Counted from the stretch's first letter, positions 46,698-56,361 are shown. The stretch is 64,000 nucleotides of DNA from an uncultured Collinsella sp. (GCA_937925265.1 CALEXE010000105.1:12557-76556); one strand, 5' to 3'. Translations and numbers: made by a program. The notes: generated from the sequence alone by a model not told the origin.

Positions 46698-49019
46698 CTA
46701 TCTAATCAATTGTAGTATATCTGCTTTCATGCAATTATCAACCAACTTGTTTAATTGCTCCTCGCTTGCCGATAGTCCCTCTTTTTTCAAAATGTCGCGC
46801 ACCTCGTTCTTAGTAATCGGCTTTTCAAACAACGAAAGCAAAGCGAACGAAAAATCATTAACCGCACACATTCTATGGGTGGCACAACTCAGCAGTACTC
46901 TTAACCCCTCTTTTGAGCGTCCGACTTCTTTAACAAACGAACTTTTAACCAATTGAAAACCATTATCGTGCATTACATAATCGGCATCGATATTTGTATT
47001 CAGCAATCCATAATGCAACAGTTCTTCTATCGCCCTTGTCAGCTCGAGGTCGCCCTGATCAAGAATAAGAGAAATGCTACAATCGGCCTCCAATAAACGG
47101 GCCAACTTAAGGTATACCAACTGGGAAACAGCATAGACATGATGGTATTCAGAATTATAGAAGTAGGCAAATGGCTCAACGAGCACGACAGAGGTCTTGG
47201 AATCCAGCCAGATTCGATCAGCTGGATTTAGACTAGTTAGCCGTCGCTTTACTTTGGTCAAATGTCCCTTATACCTGACAGCGTGAATAGAATCTAGGAT
47301 CCAGGTCACCTCTGAAATATGAAGCCGCTGGGGCAAGTCAATTGTGTCGCTACCGTTTATGACCTCTTGCATATAAAAATCAATATGATGCTCATCAGAT
47401 AAGGATTTTGCTTCATTTAAAGTTAAACCAGTGCCTGAAACATAATCCACTTCGAGGCGCAAATCCTCATGTTGGGACTTCGGCATTACAGAGACACCAT
47501 ACTTATCGGGATGATTCCAAACATCCGACCCCATAACGAGACCAAAATTCGTAAATCCTCTCGTGGAATATGGAACACCACATACCTGTTTTGAATAATT
47601 CAAAACATTCTCTGTATAAGCTAAGGTGTTCAGAGCCTCTTCTTTAGTTTCGGTCGGAAAGCCAATCATAAAAAATAGATGAACAGGAATACCCGCATTG
47701 AGACAATCATGGATATTGCGATCAATCCAATCAACTCTCGTGTTCTTCTTCATTAGATCAAGAACTCTTTGGTTGTATGACTCGAGGCCAAACTGAATCT
47801 GCCTACATCCACTTTGGTATATCTTGTTAAAAACGTCTGTACTTAGGGTTGGAGAGAACCTCGTTTCTCCATGCCAGAAAAACGTTTTTCCCGATGCGTT
47901 TATTTCATCCGCGAGTTGCTCCATTCTTTTGCCTTCGAATGTTTCATCCACAAAAGAGAAAACTCTCGTGCCGTATTTTTCATTTAACCGACACATTATT
48001 TCAAATACTCTCGATATAGGCATCTTTCGGTAACAACCACCGGTAGCACCGGGAATGGTGCAGAAGGCGCAATGATTAAAACACTGCCTAGAGGAATAAA
48101 CCGGCAATATTAACTCAGGCATGAAGTATTTAGAAAGGGCGAAGCCATCGAAATCGGGAACTGTATCGTTGATAAATGTTTGCTCAATCCGATGGTTTTT
48201 ATATATCTTTCCACCTTTAGCATGGCAAAGGTTTGGAACACAGTCGAGATTGTCATCACCAGAGTCAAGAGCCTCAAGAAGACGTGCAAGCGGCTCTTCG
48301 CCGTCATACATCATTATCGAATCAATGTATTCAAAAAAGGGATGCCATTCTTTCATGCAGTCATCTGCTAAACGAGTAATGTAATTGCCGCCCAATGAGA
48401 CGTGTTTAACAGATGGACATTCTTCCTTAATCAGTTTCGCTAACGTAACTGCAGAAATCAATTGGAAACAGCCGCTCACCGAAATCCCAATAAACTCGAT
48501 TTTTTCCCTCTGAATACGCTTAAGAAAGGCAGTTTCATAGAAGGAAATAAACGGATTATGCAAGGTATCCGCAAGCGATTTCATTATTTCTGGTGTCGAA
48601 TAATAATCATAGGGCAGATCTATGGAGTTGAACGTGTATTTAACTCCATATGAGACGTGATTTATGATATAGAGTGCATTTCTAAAAATGTTTTCAGCAT
48701 ATTGTCTTTCTTTTAGATTAAAGTATCTCTTCGATCTGAAAATATCTTTTGCCTCGTCAACATTAAGTGCCGACTTTTGTATCAACTCGATTGTTAATTG
48801 AACATTCGAACTAAACGAATCCTTTGATTCCCGATACCTTTTACAGCACTCTTCGACATGTCTAAAAGATAGGAGGTCATCGTAAAATTCCACGTTTAAG
48901 TCAACAATGTCAACTTTGTATTGTTCAACCTCTTGAAGATATGACTTCAAAACAGGCAAGGCAAGATACGGCCCCACTGGACTCCATCCTGGGGGAAATA
49001 CTAAAAGCGTTTTAGGCAT
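46698..49019 (-). CDS. cobalamin-binding radical SAM enzyme with C-terminal RRE-like domains
   Basis: B12-domain-type N-terminus (PPGWSPVGPYLALPVLKSYL; FIGISV; LGG), CFNHCAFC (CxxxCxxC), FVDETF, FGLES...VLDLMKK, MIGFPTET, and two wHTH-like C-terminal repeats. Confidence 0.88.
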   Translation of the reverse strand: MPKTLLVFPPGWSPVGPYLALPVLKSYLQEVEQYKVDIVDLNVEFYDDLLSFRHVEECCKRYRESKDSFSSNVQLTIELIQKSALNVDEAKDIFRSKRYFNLKERQYAENIFRNALYIINHVSYGVKYTFNSIDLPYDYYSTPEIMKSLADTLHNPFISFYETAFLKRIQREKIEFIGISVSGCFQLISAVTLAKLIKEECPSVKHVSLGGNYITRLADDCMKEWHPFFEYIDSIMMYDGEEPLARLLEALDSGDDNLDCVPNLCHAKGGKIYKNHRIEQTFINDTVPDFDGFALSKYFMPELILPVYSSRQCFNHCAFCTIPGATGGCYRKMPISRVFEIMCRLNEKYGTRVFSFVDETFEGKRMEQLADEINASGKTFFWHGETRFSPTLSTDVFNKIYQSGCRQIQFGLESYNQRVLDLMKKNTRVDWIDRNIHDCLNAGIPVHLFFMIGFPTETKEEALNTLAYTENVLNYSKQVCGVPYSTRGFTNFGLVMGSDVWNHPDKYGVSVMPKSQHEDLRLEVDYVSGTGLTLNEAKSLSDEHHIDFYMQEVINGSDTIDLPQRLHISEVTWILDSIHAVRYKGHLTKVKRRLTSLNPADRIWLDSKTSVVLVEPFAYFYNSEYHHVYAVSQLVYLKLARLLEADCSISLILDQGDLELTRAIEELLHYGLLNTNIDADYVMHDNGFQLVKSSFVKEVGRSKEGLRVLLSCATHRMCAVNDFSFALLSLFEKPITKNEVRDILKKEGLSASEEQLNKLVDNCMKADILQLIR

Positions 49020-49026
49020 ATCAACG

Positions 49027-50214
49027 TCACATCTTTCGCAAATAATTCAATTGAAACACAACTACCATCATAATTGAAAATACACCAAGTCCTGTAACGA
49101 GAATTGAGAACATCGCGATGCTCGTGAACAGCGAAACAAGAAGTGTTGAAATAACAACAGCAACCGATTGCAAAGACTCCCTAATTGAAAACAGGCTTAT
49201 CGATTCAGATCCGTCTCTCGCCAAATCCTGCAGCGATGTTATGAGAAGCACATCTTGAATGGCGTTTCCGGCACCGACGATAAAAAGGAAAATAAACGAT
49301 ATCCCAGACGCATAGCGATAGCCAAACGCCAGATACGCACCGAGCGCAAGATACGTCACAAAACAATATGATTTAACGCAATCGGAACCACTGATTAGAC
49401 GACCATATATTGTATTTCCGAACAACAGTCCGATTGTAAGACTACTCTGAAGGAATCCGTATTGTATCGATGACGAGTCAAATTGCAATTGCGCTATAGC
49501 TGGCAAAAGAGAATTCAGAGAGCCGAATGCCACGCCACTAGAAATATCGATTAATAGGAAACCAATTGCCAAGTGCTTCGCGCTAAGATCACTAAATGCA
49601 GTCCTGTTTTTTTCATTTTTGCTTATTCCCTCTTTATCATTAACCTCGATAACCGACGGAACATCTCGCAGCAACCAGAACGACGCGGCAAAAGAAAGCG
49701 CGTCTAATGCAAGAACAGCCTCCGCCCCAAATTGAGCGACAACAAAACCGCCGGCAACTGGCCCCAGAACCATCATCAAATTCTGCAGGAACCCAAACGA
49801 ATTATTAATTACGTCGCGATTGATACTATTCGTATTGGCTCTTAACAACGAGTAAAAGCAGGGCATTTCTACCGTTCGGCAAAGCGATACCGCGCACGTA
49901 ATAGCAAACATACTCCATTTACTATCAACAAAAATATAGCAAACGAATAATCCCGCGCGAATTAAGTCTGCCAATCTCATGGCCTGCAGTGTCCCGATAC
50001 CCATCTTCTGAGGCAGCTGCGCGAGCGCAACTGAAAACAGAGAGGGGGCAAATCTGCAGCAGACCATCAAAGCAGTTGCAGAAACATCGTGAGTTACCTC
50101 GTAAATCAGCATTGGCAAAGCAATATTCGCACACCAATTGCCTATTTCGCTTATCCCTCTAGCAATATATAGGACCCGAACCGGACGGCTAGCTCTCAAT
50201 ACCGTGAACATCAC
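49027..50214 (-). CDS. MFS transporter (DHA3/MFS_3-like exporter)
   Basis: About 12 TM segments; ISEIGNW, ADLIRA, LGPVAGG and LDALSF. Confidence 0.85.
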   Translation of the reverse strand: MMFTVLRASRPVRVLYIARGISEIGNWCANIALPMLIYEVTHDVSATALMVCCRFAPSLFSVALAQLPQKMGIGTLQAMRLADLIRAGLFVCYIFVDSKWSMFAITCAVSLCRTVEMPCFYSLLRANTNSINRDVINNSFGFLQNLMMVLGPVAGGFVVAQFGAEAVLALDALSFAASFWLLRDVPSVIEVNDKEGISKNEKNRTAFSDLSAKHLAIGFLLIDISSGVAFGSLNSLLPAIAQLQFDSSSIQYGFLQSSLTIGLLFGNTIYGRLISGSDCVKSYCFVTYLALGAYLAFGYRYASGISFIFLFIVGAGNAIQDVLLITSLQDLARDGSESISLFSIRESLQSVAVVISTLLVSLFTSIAMFSILVTGLGVFSIMMVVVFQLNYLRKM

Positions 50215-50470
50215 GATTAACCTCGTATTTCAGGCCTCGTTCATCCCTTAATAGGAATCCATAATCAACCAAGTACCGCCTCAACACGGCATAATCAGGA
50301 TAGAGCTGTGACAGCACACGATTAACCTGAAGCTCCGTATAACTTGTATTTAATTCAAAGAAAGAGACGGCCCATAGCAGCATGATTCTTTTATAGCTTT
50401 CCTTTTTTGGAATTGAAACCAGCTCGCCATTCTTGAGAAATCGTTTTTTAAAGTCTATTAGCTCATCCAT
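50189..50470 (-). CDS. DUF2087-like protein
   Basis: F..G.L.SIPKK, YTELQVNRVL and DYAVLRRYLVDYGFLLR. GGAGG RBS. Confidence 0.82.
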   Translation of the reverse strand: MDELIDFKKRFLKNGELVSIPKKESYKRIMLLWAVSFFELNTSYTELQVNRVLSQLYPDYAVLRRYLVDYGFLLRDERGLKYEVNRDVHGIES

Positions 50471-50570
50471 TCACATCCTCCATTTCATACGCATCTAATA
50501 CTAAAAATGCATACGCTTTAGGTCATCGCATTCAGCTTCTTTATTCGAACTAAACTCGAACTAATCTAAA

Positions 50571-50792
50571 TTATTTGCTCAGACACTCTTCGAAAGCTCG
50601 TTTTTCACTCTGAGTAAAATGCCCTTCCCAGTCAGTCCACGAACAGGAAGGCAACTCACAACGAGCGGAGTCGAAGCCCTCTGCCGTCGGTCGCTCAAAA
50701 TGCACGATAACCTTTTCGATATCGCCATCTGTAATCAGGTCAGAATGAATGACCTCGGTTCCATCTTCGAATGTCATATACGGGTACATCAC
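50571..50792 (-). CDS. small conserved hypothetical protein, possibly C-terminally truncated
   Basis: GAGGTGG RBS followed by GTG ATG. Translates to MYPYMTFEDGTEVIHS...VHFERPT...FDSARCELP. Confidence 0.6.
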   Translation of the reverse strand: MMYPYMTFEDGTEVIHSDLITDGDIEKVIVHFERPTAEGFDSARCELPSCSWTDWEGHFTQSEKRAFEECLSK

Positions 50793-50962
50793 GTAAACCA
50801 CCTCGCAATAGTAAATCCAGTTTAGCATCAAGCTATTGCACCAAAGACAGCAGGCCCCCTTGATGAGTTGATGGTATCTGTTAAATGTCACGTACGATTC
50901 ACATCTGGTGGGTACCCTGATGGCTACACGAAACGAAGCAGATTTACACCGGGAGGACCCGT

Positions 50963-51916
50963 ATGGCAGCCAAGTACACCGACGCGCCGCGCACGCGCGT
51001 CATGACACCGGCCGCGCTCAACAACGGCGTGCACGAGAACCATTCCATCGGACAGACCATGGCCATCGCGCCCAAAAAGGGCCTGTTCGATGACATTTCC
51101 ATTCCCCAGATCATCGCCGGCGCCGCAGCTGCCGCCACGAGCGTGGCGCTTGCTTCAAAGATCGGCATTGCCGGCTCGGTGATTGGTGCCGCTGTGAGCT
51201 CAGTCATCACTGTTGTGTCCTCGCAGGTCTATCGCCACTTTATCTCCGCCAGCGCCGAAGCAATCAAGGGCACGCATGCCGCTGTCGACTACCCTACCGG
51301 CGCCTACGAGCCCGTTGAGCCCAATGTCGAGGAGCACCTAGGTGGCGCCGCAACCACGCAGGAGATGCGCCAGGTTGCGGGACGCGCGACCACGGCGCGC
51401 GTCGCTCCCAACAGCCTGCGCGCCAAGGCGGCGGCTGAGCGCAGCCAGACGCAAAAGAAGGTCATCGTCTTCTCGATCGCCATCGCCATCGTCGCGGTCA
51501 TCGCTTGCGCCGGCGCCATCCTTATCACCACTGCCGGTGAGGGCCTGGGCGAGCGCCCCGAGCCGATCCTTTCGTCGCGCACGACCGAGAGCGATGCAAA
51601 TGGCAACACCCAGTCGCAGGATCAGCAGGCACAGACGGACGATACGCAAGACAGTTCTACCTCTGCCAATTCGTCCTCGAACACCCAAAACCAATCGCAG
51701 GGCGTCGATTCCTCTGCGAACAACAGCGGCACGCAATCCGGCACGACTGACTCAAGCCAAACGACTGACGGCTCTCAACCGAGCACGGGCGACCAGGCGA
51801 ATGGCAATACACCGAGTACGGGATCTACCGACAACAGCAACACCAACAGCTCGAGCGGAACCGCGTCCGGCACGGCATCTGACAGCTCGAGCCAAGGCAC
51901 GACATCGGGCAACTAG
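50963..51916 (+). CDS. hypothetical membrane protein with S/T/N/Q-rich tail
   Basis: GGGAGG RBS, hydrophobic segments and a low-complexity C-terminus. Confidence 0.75.
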   Translation: MAAKYTDAPRTRVMTPAALNNGVHENHSIGQTMAIAPKKGLFDDISIPQIIAGAAAAATSVALASKIGIAGSVIGAAVSSVITVVSSQVYRHFISASAEAIKGTHAAVDYPTGAYEPVEPNVEEHLGGAATTQEMRQVAGRATTARVAPNSLRAKAAAERSQTQKKVIVFSIAIAIVAVIACAGAILITTAGEGLGERPEPILSSRTTESDANGNTQSQDQQAQTDDTQDSSTSANSSSNTQNQSQGVDSSANNSGTQSGTTDSSQTTDGSQPSTGDQANGNTPSTGSTDNSNTNSSSGTASGTASDSSSQGTTSGN

Positions 51917-52052
51917 GCACTGCATCCCCAGATAGGCAACCTGTACAACGGGCGCGAATCGACAGCGGTTCGCGCCCGTTTGCCTTGGGCGCCGTCATGG
52001 CGAGCGCCATGCGATGGTAAGATGCTTTACATGTGTAAAGAGGAGATTTGCC

Positions 52053-53360
52053 ATGAGCAAGACAATAGTTAGGCCCACGCTATCGCTGGGCAACCACATC
52101 TATCTGTATCGCCTGCTGCGCGATGCGATTGGGTGTGGCAAGCAAACGTTTATGACACAGGTCGAGGAGGCGCTCACCGCTGGCGACATGACCGCTTATG
52201 ACCTGGGCTTCGAATCCACGCGCGAGCTGCTCGAAGAGCTTGACGACTGCATTAAGCTGACCGTCTTTAAGGGCGGTCGCCTGTATGCCGCCGTCATCGC
52301 CAACGAGGCCTGGGATGCCGCACTTGCCAAGGGCGAGGACAAGCCCAAGACCGCCAAGGGCGCTAAGCAGTCCTACAAAAAGAAAAAGCGCAGTGAGAAG
52401 GACCTCAAGGCTGTGCGCCCCAAGCACGTTAAGCGTCCCGAACCAGAAGCCGCGGTTGAAGCTGTGCCGGAGCCCGAGCCCGAGACAGAGATCGAAGTCG
52501 CTATTGAGGTGGCAGCGGAAGCCGAAACCGAAATCGCCGCCATGACCGATCCCGAAGTCATGCCAGAGCAGGAAGCCGCTGTGGAGCTCAACGAGGCATC
52601 CAAGTCGACAACCGAAGAGGCGGCTGGCCAGCCCGAGGCGCCCGTGTTCCAGAACCACGATGTCTTTGGCGACAACACCGAGGACAATCAGTCCGACGAG
52701 CTCGCGGATCAAGATGCTGCCGAGGCAACACCGGAGCCCGAGGCGCCCCAGCCTGCCATCTCGCTCACGGTTGTCTACGACCCCGAGAACGCCAACGCCG
52801 GCATCACCACCATGGTATCCACGCCGGTCGAGGCCAAGCCGAACGTCGAGGCAGAGGACACTCCGCAGGCCGATGCCAAAACCGGGACCGAAGACACGTC
52901 CATCTCCGTGGAACCGACAGATTCCATAGCTAAGCCAGAAGCGGCATCTGAGTCTGCACCTGTCATTGAGTCCGCATCCGCACCCGCCTGTGACCAGGCT
53001 CCCACACCTGCACCGACTCCGGTCCCCAATTCAGCACCGGCCCCCGCTCCCGCAGCACCGACCATCCCCGGGGACTTCCCCATCGATTTCGCGACCGAGG
53101 TCTTCTGCCCTAGCCCGCTGCTGCACCAGCTGTCGACTTATCTCCCCTACGGCGCTGACACCCTCGGCATCGTCGGCGAGTACTACTGGATCGCTCGCGA
53201 GCGCGGTACCATCGAGGCCGGCCGTAACCGCGCGTGCTTCCCCCTGCGCTACACACAGGCCGGCAAACGCCACGAAGTCACCGTGCGCATTCGCCGCAAC
53301 ACCACCGGCGGCCTCGGAGCCACCTGGGCCATCGATAAAGTCGAACCTTCTACCAAGTAA
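52053..53360 (+). CDS. hypothetical protein, two small domains joined by a long acidic Pro/Ala/Glu linker
   Basis: AGGAG RBS, typical codon usage, and a terminator hairpin after the stop. Confidence 0.75.
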   Translation: MSKTIVRPTLSLGNHIYLYRLLRDAIGCGKQTFMTQVEEALTAGDMTAYDLGFESTRELLEELDDCIKLTVFKGGRLYAAVIANEAWDAALAKGEDKPKTAKGAKQSYKKKKRSEKDLKAVRPKHVKRPEPEAAVEAVPEPEPETEIEVAIEVAAEAETEIAAMTDPEVMPEQEAAVELNEASKSTTEEAAGQPEAPVFQNHDVFGDNTEDNQSDELADQDAAEATPEPEAPQPAISLTVVYDPENANAGITTMVSTPVEAKPNVEAEDTPQADAKTGTEDTSISVEPTDSIAKPEAASESAPVIESASAPACDQAPTPAPTPVPNSAPAPAPAAPTIPGDFPIDFATEVFCPSPLLHQLSTYLPYGADTLGIVGEYYWIARERGTIEAGRNRACFPLRYTQAGKRHEVTVRIRRNTTGGLGATWAIDKVEPSTK

Positions 53361-53421
53361 CAAAAAGGGACGATAACCCTCAAGGTTATCGTCCCTTTCT
53401 CATTAGGTCACCTGAGCTCGA

Positions 53422-55101
53422 CTAATCGCGCGTCAGCTTGCGGTGAATACGATGCGGCTGGGCTGCGTCCTCGCCCAGGCGCTCGATGCGGTTGGCCTGA
53501 TAGGCCTCGAAGTTGCCCTCGAACCAATACCAGTTGCCCGGGTTCTCGTCGGTGCCCTCCCACGCCAGGATGTGCGTGGCAACGCGGTCTAGGAACATAC
53601 GGTCGTGGCTAATGACCACCGAGCAGCCCGGGAACTCGAGCAGCGCCGCTTCGAGCGAGGACAGCGTCTCGACGTCGAGGTCGTTCGTGGGCTCGTCGAG
53701 GAGCAGCAGGTTGCCGCCCTGCTTGAGCGTGAGCGCCAAGTTCAGACGGTTGCGCTCGCCACCGGAGAGTACGCCGGCGCGCTTCTGCTGGTCCTGGCCC
53801 TTAAAGCCAAAGCTCGCCACGTACGCGCGGCTCGGAACCTCGGTCTCGCCGACCATCATGTGGTCCAGGCCGTCCGAGACGACCTCCCATAGGTTCTTAT
53901 CGGGGTCGATGCCGGAACGGTTCTGGTCGACGTAAGAAATCTTGACGGTCTCGCCCACCTCGAGCTCGCCCGAAGTCAGCGGCTCCAAACCCACGATGGT
54001 CTTGAAGAGCGTGGTCTTACCGACGCCGTTAGGACCGATCACGCCCACGATGCCGTTGCGCGGCAGCGTGAACGAAAGGTCATCGATGAGCACGCGACCA
54101 TCGAACTCCTTGTGCAGATGATGGGCCTCGAGCACCTTGTTGCCCAGACGCGGGCCCACAGGGATGCGGATGTCGGTCCAGTCGAGCTTCTGGCTTGCGC
54201 GGGCCTCGGCCTCCATCTCCTCGTAGCGAGCCAGACGGGCCTTGTTCTTGGCCTGACGAGCCTTGGGCGAGCTGCGTACCCACTCGAGCTCGGCCTCCAT
54301 GCGCTTGGCGAGCTTGGCATCGCGGTTGCCCTGCGCCTCGATACGGGCGGCCTTGGTCTCCAGATACGTGGAGTAGTTGCCCTTGTAGGGATAAAGGTGG
54401 CCGCGGTCGACCTCGCAGATCCACTCGGCAACGTTATCCAGGAAGTAGCGATCGTGTGTGACGGCAAGCACCGCGCCCTGGTAGTTGTGCAGGAAGTGCT
54501 CGAGCCACAGGATCGACTCGGCGTCCAGGTGGTTCGTGGGCTCGTCGAGCAGCAGCAGGTCGGGAGCCTCGAGCAGTAGCTTGCACAGGGCCACGCGACG
54601 GCGCTCGCCGCCGGAAAGCACGTTGACCGGCATGTCGGAATCGGGCAGCTGCAGGGCGTCCATGGCCTGGCCGAGCTTGGAATCGATATCCCAGCCGTCG
54701 GCGGCATCGATCTCGTCCTGGAGCTTGCCCATCTCGGCCATGAGGGCGTCCATGTCGCAACCCGGGTCGCACATCTCCTCGCCGATCTTATTGAAGCGAT
54801 CGACCTTGGCGATCATATCGCCAAACGCCATGCGCACGTTCTCGATAACGGTCTTGTCGTCGTCGAGCGGCGGTTCCTGCTGCAGGATACCCACGGTGTA
54901 GCCGGGGGTGAGCCTGGCATCGCCGTTTGAGACCTCCTCGATACCGGCCATGATCTTGAGCAGGGTCGACTTGCCCATGCCGTTGGGGCCCACGACACCG
55001 ATCTTGGCACCGGGGTAGAAGCTCAGGGTCACGTCGTCAAGGATTACCTTGTCGCCATGGGCCTTGCGAGCCTGATACATCTGGTAGATAAACTCCGCCA
55101 T
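53422..55101 (-). CDS. ettA: energy-dependent translational throttle ABC-F protein
   Basis: LSFYPGAKIGVVG, two ABC domains, and the ELEWVRSSPKARQAK linker. Confidence 0.95.
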   Translation of the reverse strand: MAEFIYQMYQARKAHGDKVILDDVTLSFYPGAKIGVVGPNGMGKSTLLKIMAGIEEVSNGDARLTPGYTVGILQQEPPLDDDKTVIENVRMAFGDMIAKVDRFNKIGEEMCDPGCDMDALMAEMGKLQDEIDAADGWDIDSKLGQAMDALQLPDSDMPVNVLSGGERRRVALCKLLLEAPDLLLLDEPTNHLDAESILWLEHFLHNYQGAVLAVTHDRYFLDNVAEWICEVDRGHLYPYKGNYSTYLETKAARIEAQGNRDAKLAKRMEAELEWVRSSPKARQAKNKARLARYEEMEAEARASQKLDWTDIRIPVGPRLGNKVLEAHHLHKEFDGRVLIDDLSFTLPRNGIVGVIGPNGVGKTTLFKTIVGLEPLTSGELEVGETVKISYVDQNRSGIDPDKNLWEVVSDGLDHMMVGETEVPSRAYVASFGFKGQDQQKRAGVLSGGERNRLNLALTLKQGGNLLLLDEPTNDLDVETLSSLEAALLEFPGCSVVISHDRMFLDRVATHILAWEGTDENPGNWYWFEGNFEAYQANRIERLGEDAAQPHRIHRKLTRD

Positions 55102-55284
55102 TTGCCTGTTTTATCCTTTCTACCTGCTGTTTCCCTATTCTTGTTTCGCTTTAGTGGAAACGAAATGAGGAAATCAGCTCTGAAACTTAACGAAAAAGGG
55201 GCATGGTTGCCCACGCCCCTAATACTACCTGGGAAAAGTCCCCCAGAACATACTATGAACTGCGTACGCTAGTTTTCCGCAACC

Positions 55285-55989
55285 TTAGCGAACGGCTCGC
55301 TGCGATTTACGCCACAGCAGATACGAGTAGACGTAGACGGCTCCGACCGAACCAAACGCCAGCACCGCAATCACCGCGGCGACGACTTCACTCGAAAGCA
55401 CGCTACCCGCCACGCCCATCACAATCAGGCCAACACCCAGCACCATAAAGCAAGCACCGCCAAAGCGCTGCGTACGGCGCCAGTTCTCGGGATCGGCAAG
55501 CGCCCAGGGCGTCTTGATACCGAGCGTATAGTTCTGCTTCACACGCGGCAAGTAGTTGCCTACGCCGATGAACAGCAAACCGACAGCACCGGAAATCAGC
55601 ACGTTGACCGAACCGACCGCCGGCACCACGCCCCAGACCGTAAGCTCTCCCAGCCAGCTTATGGCGCACATGAACAAGGTGAAGGCAATTACGAAGCCCT
55701 GATAGAACTTACCCGAGGTTCGATATGCCTCACCTTTGGGATCGATGCGCGGCACCACGCAGAACATTGCGAGAAGCGCCAGAGGCAGCACGCCGAGCGC
55801 GGAGGCCATCCAGCTAGGACCCCAACCGTCGACAGCGCCGTTCGCGCCCCAGTGCGTGGGAATCTGCGCAGGCAAGCTCGGCATCACCATGAGGTGCGCT
55901 ACGACATTGGCGACGCACAGAGCGACCAGCGCAATCCACACGCGCGACGATACCCCTGTGGGGTGAATGCCCTTGTTTTCGTTATTCAT
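55285..55989 (-). CDS. SdpI family membrane protein
   Basis: LPAQIPTHWGANGAVDGW and GNYLPRVKQNYTLGIKTPWAL. Confidence 0.88.
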   Translation of the reverse strand: MNNENKGIHPTGVSSRVWIALVALCVANVVAHLMVMPSLPAQIPTHWGANGAVDGWGPSWMASALGVLPLALLAMFCVVPRIDPKGEAYRTSGKFYQGFVIAFTLFMCAISWLGELTVWGVVPAVGSVNVLISGAVGLLFIGVGNYLPRVKQNYTLGIKTPWALADPENWRRTQRFGGACFMVLGVGLIVMGVAGSVLSSEVVAAVIAVLAFGSVGAVYVYSYLLWRKSQRAVR

Positions 55990-56260
55990 CCTTATCACCT
56001 TCATTGTTTGTAAAACCCATAAACCAGCCAATTAAATCCTGCATGACGGTGGTGTTTAAGCTGTATACGATGTTTTGGCCATGGCGCTCGTCGGTCACCA
56101 ACCCGGCGTTTTTAAGCGTCGCCAAGTGATGGCTCAGCGACGGCTTACTGATATCGAAATGCTTGGCAAGCTCCCCCGCCGTGCAATTGCCCTCGCGCAG
56201 CAGTTCCAAAATGCGCCGCCGCGTTGGATCAGCCAGCGCCTTAAAACCTTCTCCCGGCAT
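55982..56260 (-). CDS. ArsR/SdpR family autorepressor
   Basis: FKALADPTRRRILELL, SKPSLSHHL and YSLNTTV. Overlaps the sdpI-like gene. Confidence 0.9.
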   Translation of the reverse strand: MPGEGFKALADPTRRRILELLREGNCTAGELAKHFDISKPSLSHHLATLKNAGLVTDERHGQNIVYSLNTTVMQDLIGWFMGFTNNEGDKDE

Positions 56261-56349
56261 AGAACCTCCTCTCGCTATCTCTCGCGACGTGCACACTATA
56301 CTTGATATTTAGATGTTTGTCTAATTATCTAATAGCAATGTTATGTATA

Positions 56350-56361
56350 GAACATTCGTTC
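56350..56361 (+). promoter_or_regulatory. LexA (SOS) box in the promoter of the small toxin-like ORF
   Basis: GAAC-ATTC-GTTC, just upstream of a TACAAT -10 element at 56371-56376. Confidence 0.6.

Noticed and set aside
46574..49019. Assignment to sactipeptide/ranthipeptide or lanthipeptide classes
   Set aside because: The enzyme has a B12-type N-terminus and no evident SPASM cysteine motif, the peptide has a single Cys, and there is no LanB, LanC or LanM gene.
46387..50920. Target-site duplication or att repeats at the island ends (AGGCCCC, TACCCTGA on both sides)
   Set aside because: The matches are only 7-8 bp and not consistently placed, so they are compatible with chance.
55285..56260. 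sdpRI as immunity for the RiPP or part of an sdpABC toxin locus
   Set aside because: No sdpABC genes are present. The pair lies outside the island with host-like composition, and orphan sdpRI pairs are common.
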